DNA of 64,000 bases. It comes from Azolla caroliniana (taxonomy: Eukaryota; Plantae; Polypodiophyta). A program made the position numbers and the translations under genes. Positions within the stretch are counted from its first letter, which is position 1. Each line of letters opens with the position of its first letter. Of the stretch, positions 61,136-64,000 are shown piece after piece. The stretch is taken from the NCBI GenBank assembly GCA_043228905.1, contig JBHGNT010000015.1, positions 11,966,001 to 12,030,000 of the forward strand, read 5' to 3'. The notes beneath the pieces are model-generated. The model was not told the origin of the DNA and ran no database searches. It was given only the letters and a program-made list of their open reading frames with translations.

Positions 61136-62540
61136 TAGTTATGACATCAGACATCCTTCAACAGCAACTTGCATCCGGTTGGTGTTGTCAGCCACACGTC
61201 TCCTATGCCGACAATTCGGCATGTACCTTCATTCCCCATCCGGACACAACCATGATCACCGGCTGAGTAGGATGAGAAGCATTTCCGGTCCGGGGTAAGG
61301 TGGAACGACGCTCCGGAGTGTACCACCCAGGTCATCTCGTCGTCGGCAAGGTTTATCTCACTCTCCTCGGTGATGAGCATCAACTCTTCTTCACTTGCCG
61401 CAATTGCCGTCGTCCCCTTCCGGTCCGGCCCCCTCCGGTCTTTACCATTCCGGTCCGGTGTCCGCTTCGAATCGGTACCGTCGGTTTCCTTGTCTTTCCG
61501 GAAATGCCGACAGTTCTTCTGGAAGTGTCCCGGCTTGCCGCAATAGAAGCAAGTAGGCCTCCCCCTTGACTTTGACCGTGTCCCCGACTTTTCCCGGTTC
61601 TGGAGACTACGGTTTCTTTGTCTTCCGCGTTCCGATTCGGTAAGTAGCGCTTTGGAGTCGGAGCTCGTATCTTTATCTTTCCAACACGCCTCCTCATCTA
61701 GCAAGCTCGACTTTACTCTCGCTAGGGATAACCGTTTTCCTTCCGGCCTGGCGTTGCCCAAAGTGACAACCAACGTCTCCCAGCTATCCGGGAGGGAACC
61801 GAGCAGGAGTAGCGCTAGTACCTCATCGGCGAGAGGTACTTCCAATGAAGTTGCCTGGTGGATCAGCCCCTGAAAGGCATTCATGTGCTCCGCCATGCTG
61901 GAGCCATCTTGGTACCGGAGTCTTACTAGCTTCCGGAATTCCAAACCTGATTAACAACATTTTTGTTTTGGAACATTATGCCGATCTTCTCCCAGAGCTC
62001 ATGAGCCTTGCTCTCTTCATTGAAGTTGTTGTACAGGCTCATGTCGATGAAGCACCGTATGTACGCCGTTGTTTTCATGTGCCTCACCTCCCATATCGCG
62101 GCGTCGATTTTGTCCGGTCTCTTGTCCCTGAACTGAACCGGCAGCCAGAGGTCTTTAACCACGAGAATGTCCTTCATCTTCGACTTCCACACTGAGTAGT
62201 TGGAGCCGGTGAGCTTGAACATGCCGCCAAACGATTCGTCCATTTTCTGTCTCGTTTTGCTGTGATACCACTTGACAGGAACTGTACGCTCCTTCTACGC
62301 AATGCTCGGCCACAACCGAGCTTAGAATCATACACAGAAAAAACGGGAAATAAACACGACACAGAGAAGAGAAGAGTACACAGGATGTTTACGTGGAAAA
62401 CCCAAAGAGGGAAAAAACCACGGCAGCCCACAGGCTGCAAACTATCACTATGTTAGAATGTACAACAGTGAGTTCACGGATGCAACGACCTCGTGCTCAC
62501 GATCTTCGCCACAGGCGGCGGTTACAACAGAGGCAATGAC

Positions 62541-62585
<45 letters not shown>

Positions 62586-64000
62586 CACGGTTACGCGCTA
62601 TCTCTCTTCTTGCACCAACAAGAACAACAACAATAGAACACTAAAAAGTTTGCCCGAAGTCATATTTATACTAATATGACTTTTCGGCTATTTACAAATA
62701 TAGCCTCGATGGACTCTCAGAAACATATTTACGAATATGTCTCTTCATCCGGTGAGCATTCCTCACCGGGTCTGCACCATCCGGCTCTCCGTAGCCGGGT
62801 ACTCCTCATCCGGTTCTCACCAGGTCTGCACCATTCAGCTCTCCGTAGTCGGGTACTCATCATCCGGTTCTCACCGGTTCTGCACCATCCGGCTCTCCGT
62901 AGCCGGGTACTCCTCATCCGGTTCTCACCGGGTCTGCACCATCCGGCTCTCCATAGCCGGGTACTCCTCATCCGGTTCTCACCGGGTCTGCACCATCCGG
63001 ATCTCCGTAGCCGGGTACTCCTCATCTGGTCTTCACCGGGTCTGCACCATCCGGTTTCGGCATTGTTCTTCTCCCTTCCCATCCGGAGGGACCTGTCTCC
63101 CAACACATGTAATGGTTCACGCAGGAAGCGTGAACGGCTGGCTAAATAGACCCTGCGTATATAAAGGGCAGAAAACCTCTGATAGAGGGGCGTGTAATTT
63201 TGGAATGTAAAGGAACGTATCATAATAGAATTCTATCTTCTCGAAAATTCTGTGTATAGCTACGGCTAATCTACTATATGTCTGGAATACCTGAGCGTGT
63301 AAGAACGTAAGTGTAACCATTGCTAAGGAGTCGGTTGTAGCCGTCTCCCTTATACACTGATAGGTTACAGGGAACATTCCCCTACACATTGCGCATAGAC
63401 GCCTATTTGTTGTTCCACAACCACTGGGAGGTCTAGGTCAAAGGACTGACCGCAGATCGTGTTCCTAAGCGGTAACAGTGCACTTGGCCTTTAGTTGATC
63501 TGGCTTCTCTGAATCTTGAACCGAATCGGTTTCCTCCGATTCATTCCAACTCTTGTTTGAATCGGTCGCTTCCGATTCGTTCCGGCTCTTGTCCGAGTCG
63601 GTGTTCTCCAACTCGTCTTCCGGTTTCAGGTCCTTCACCACATCAGGCCATGTCCGGGTAGTGGTTTTCTCCTTCCGGTCGGCTCTATCCTTCTTGACTC
63701 TGCCATCGCTACTGCTCATTCTGACTTGTTCGGATGTGCCAACTTCCTTTGTCGACTCAGCTTCCTTTTTCCTCTTGTCTCCCCCTTTGTTGGTTCTTCC
63801 CTTTTTGGTTTCTTGTCCAGTGTCGTCAATAGTTTCTTAGCCTTTGCCCGTTCTCCCCCTCAAGTGCGGCACGTCGAGATGCTGAACACCAAGCATTTCG
63901 GTGAAGTGCTGCAACTTGTCGGATCCGAGCGGTTTGGTGAAGATGTCGGCAACTTGCCGATCCGTTTGAACATACCAAAGTTCGACTTCACTGCTCAGGA

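Larger units (their letters stand above)
55421..61146 (-). mobile_element. Intact Ty3/gypsy chromovirus (Tcn1/sushi-like)
   Basis: 451-bp LTRs at 55421-55871 and 60696-61146, identical by eye, TG..CA ends. Perfect TSD TCAGA. PPT AAAGGGGGGATAG. Gag and pol are uninterrupted. Confidence 0.97.
51653..63105 (-). mobile_element. Full-length Ty1/copia element C inserted in the gypsy-1 3' LTR, itself interrupted by a chromovirus
   Basis: LTRs 51653-52475 and 62273-63105, perfect TSD CATGT. PBS TGGTATCACAGC, PPT AGTGAAGGGGGAG. Gag-pol 62243-52486 has stops and frameshifts. Confidence 0.95.
37499..63477 (+). mobile_element. Non-chromovirus Ty3/gypsy element (gypsy-1; Athila-like domain order) with a 3' extra ORF, carrying copia B and copia C insertions
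   Basis: 5' LTR 37499-37565 (internally deleted); 3' LTR 51580-51652 + 63111-63477. TSD ATGCA/GTGCA. Partial PBS TGGCACGC (tRNA-Arg-like). Confidence 0.8.
36754..64000 (-). mobile_element. Ty1/copia element X (3' part only; host of the nest): 3' LTR 36754-37219, 3' region 37220-37493 + 63483-63860, RNase H end 63860-64000
   Basis: Minus-strand PPT TTGAGGGGGAG abuts TGTTG at 37219. VELWYVQTDRQVADIFTKPLG at the window end is a copia RNase H C-terminus. The sequence joins across the gypsy-1 insertion. Confidence 0.7.

Noticed and set aside
61076-61146. Functional tRNA genes at the LTR ends and at 762-830
   Set aside because: Acceptor and anticodon stems do not pair consistently, so these are reported only as tRNA-like promoter cassettes.

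Overview
Eukaryotic plant nuclear DNA, probably from a non-seed land plant such as a fern (inferred from the Tcn1/sushi-type chromovirus, the RTE-X-like LINE and the (GA)n-rich LTRs). There is one intact host gene, a 16-exon DExH-box RNA helicase (DExH1/DHX36-like, 6110-15345, +) with a truncated LINE and a MITE in its introns. Left of it lie an LTR remnant with a tRNA-Trp PBS and a decayed Ulp1/SWIM (MULE-like) transposon. From 17.2 kb onward the window is almost all transposable elements: a decayed LINE carrying two solo LTRs, and a nest of Ty1/copia and Ty3/gypsy elements up to five levels deep. The innermost element (55421-61146, -) is an apparently intact chromovirus with LTRs identical by eye. 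Its notable features are: (i) no tRNA PBS but a self-priming PBS, supported by a compensatory base change in a related copy; (ii) a G_UUA_AAC -1 frameshift site with a downstream stem/pseudoknot; (iii) a heat-shock-element array next to the TATA box; (iv) a tRNA-like A-box/B-box cassette, antisense at the 5' end of U3. The same cassette recurs with the same spacing in three other diverged LTRs in the window. All alignments were done by eye and no searches were run.
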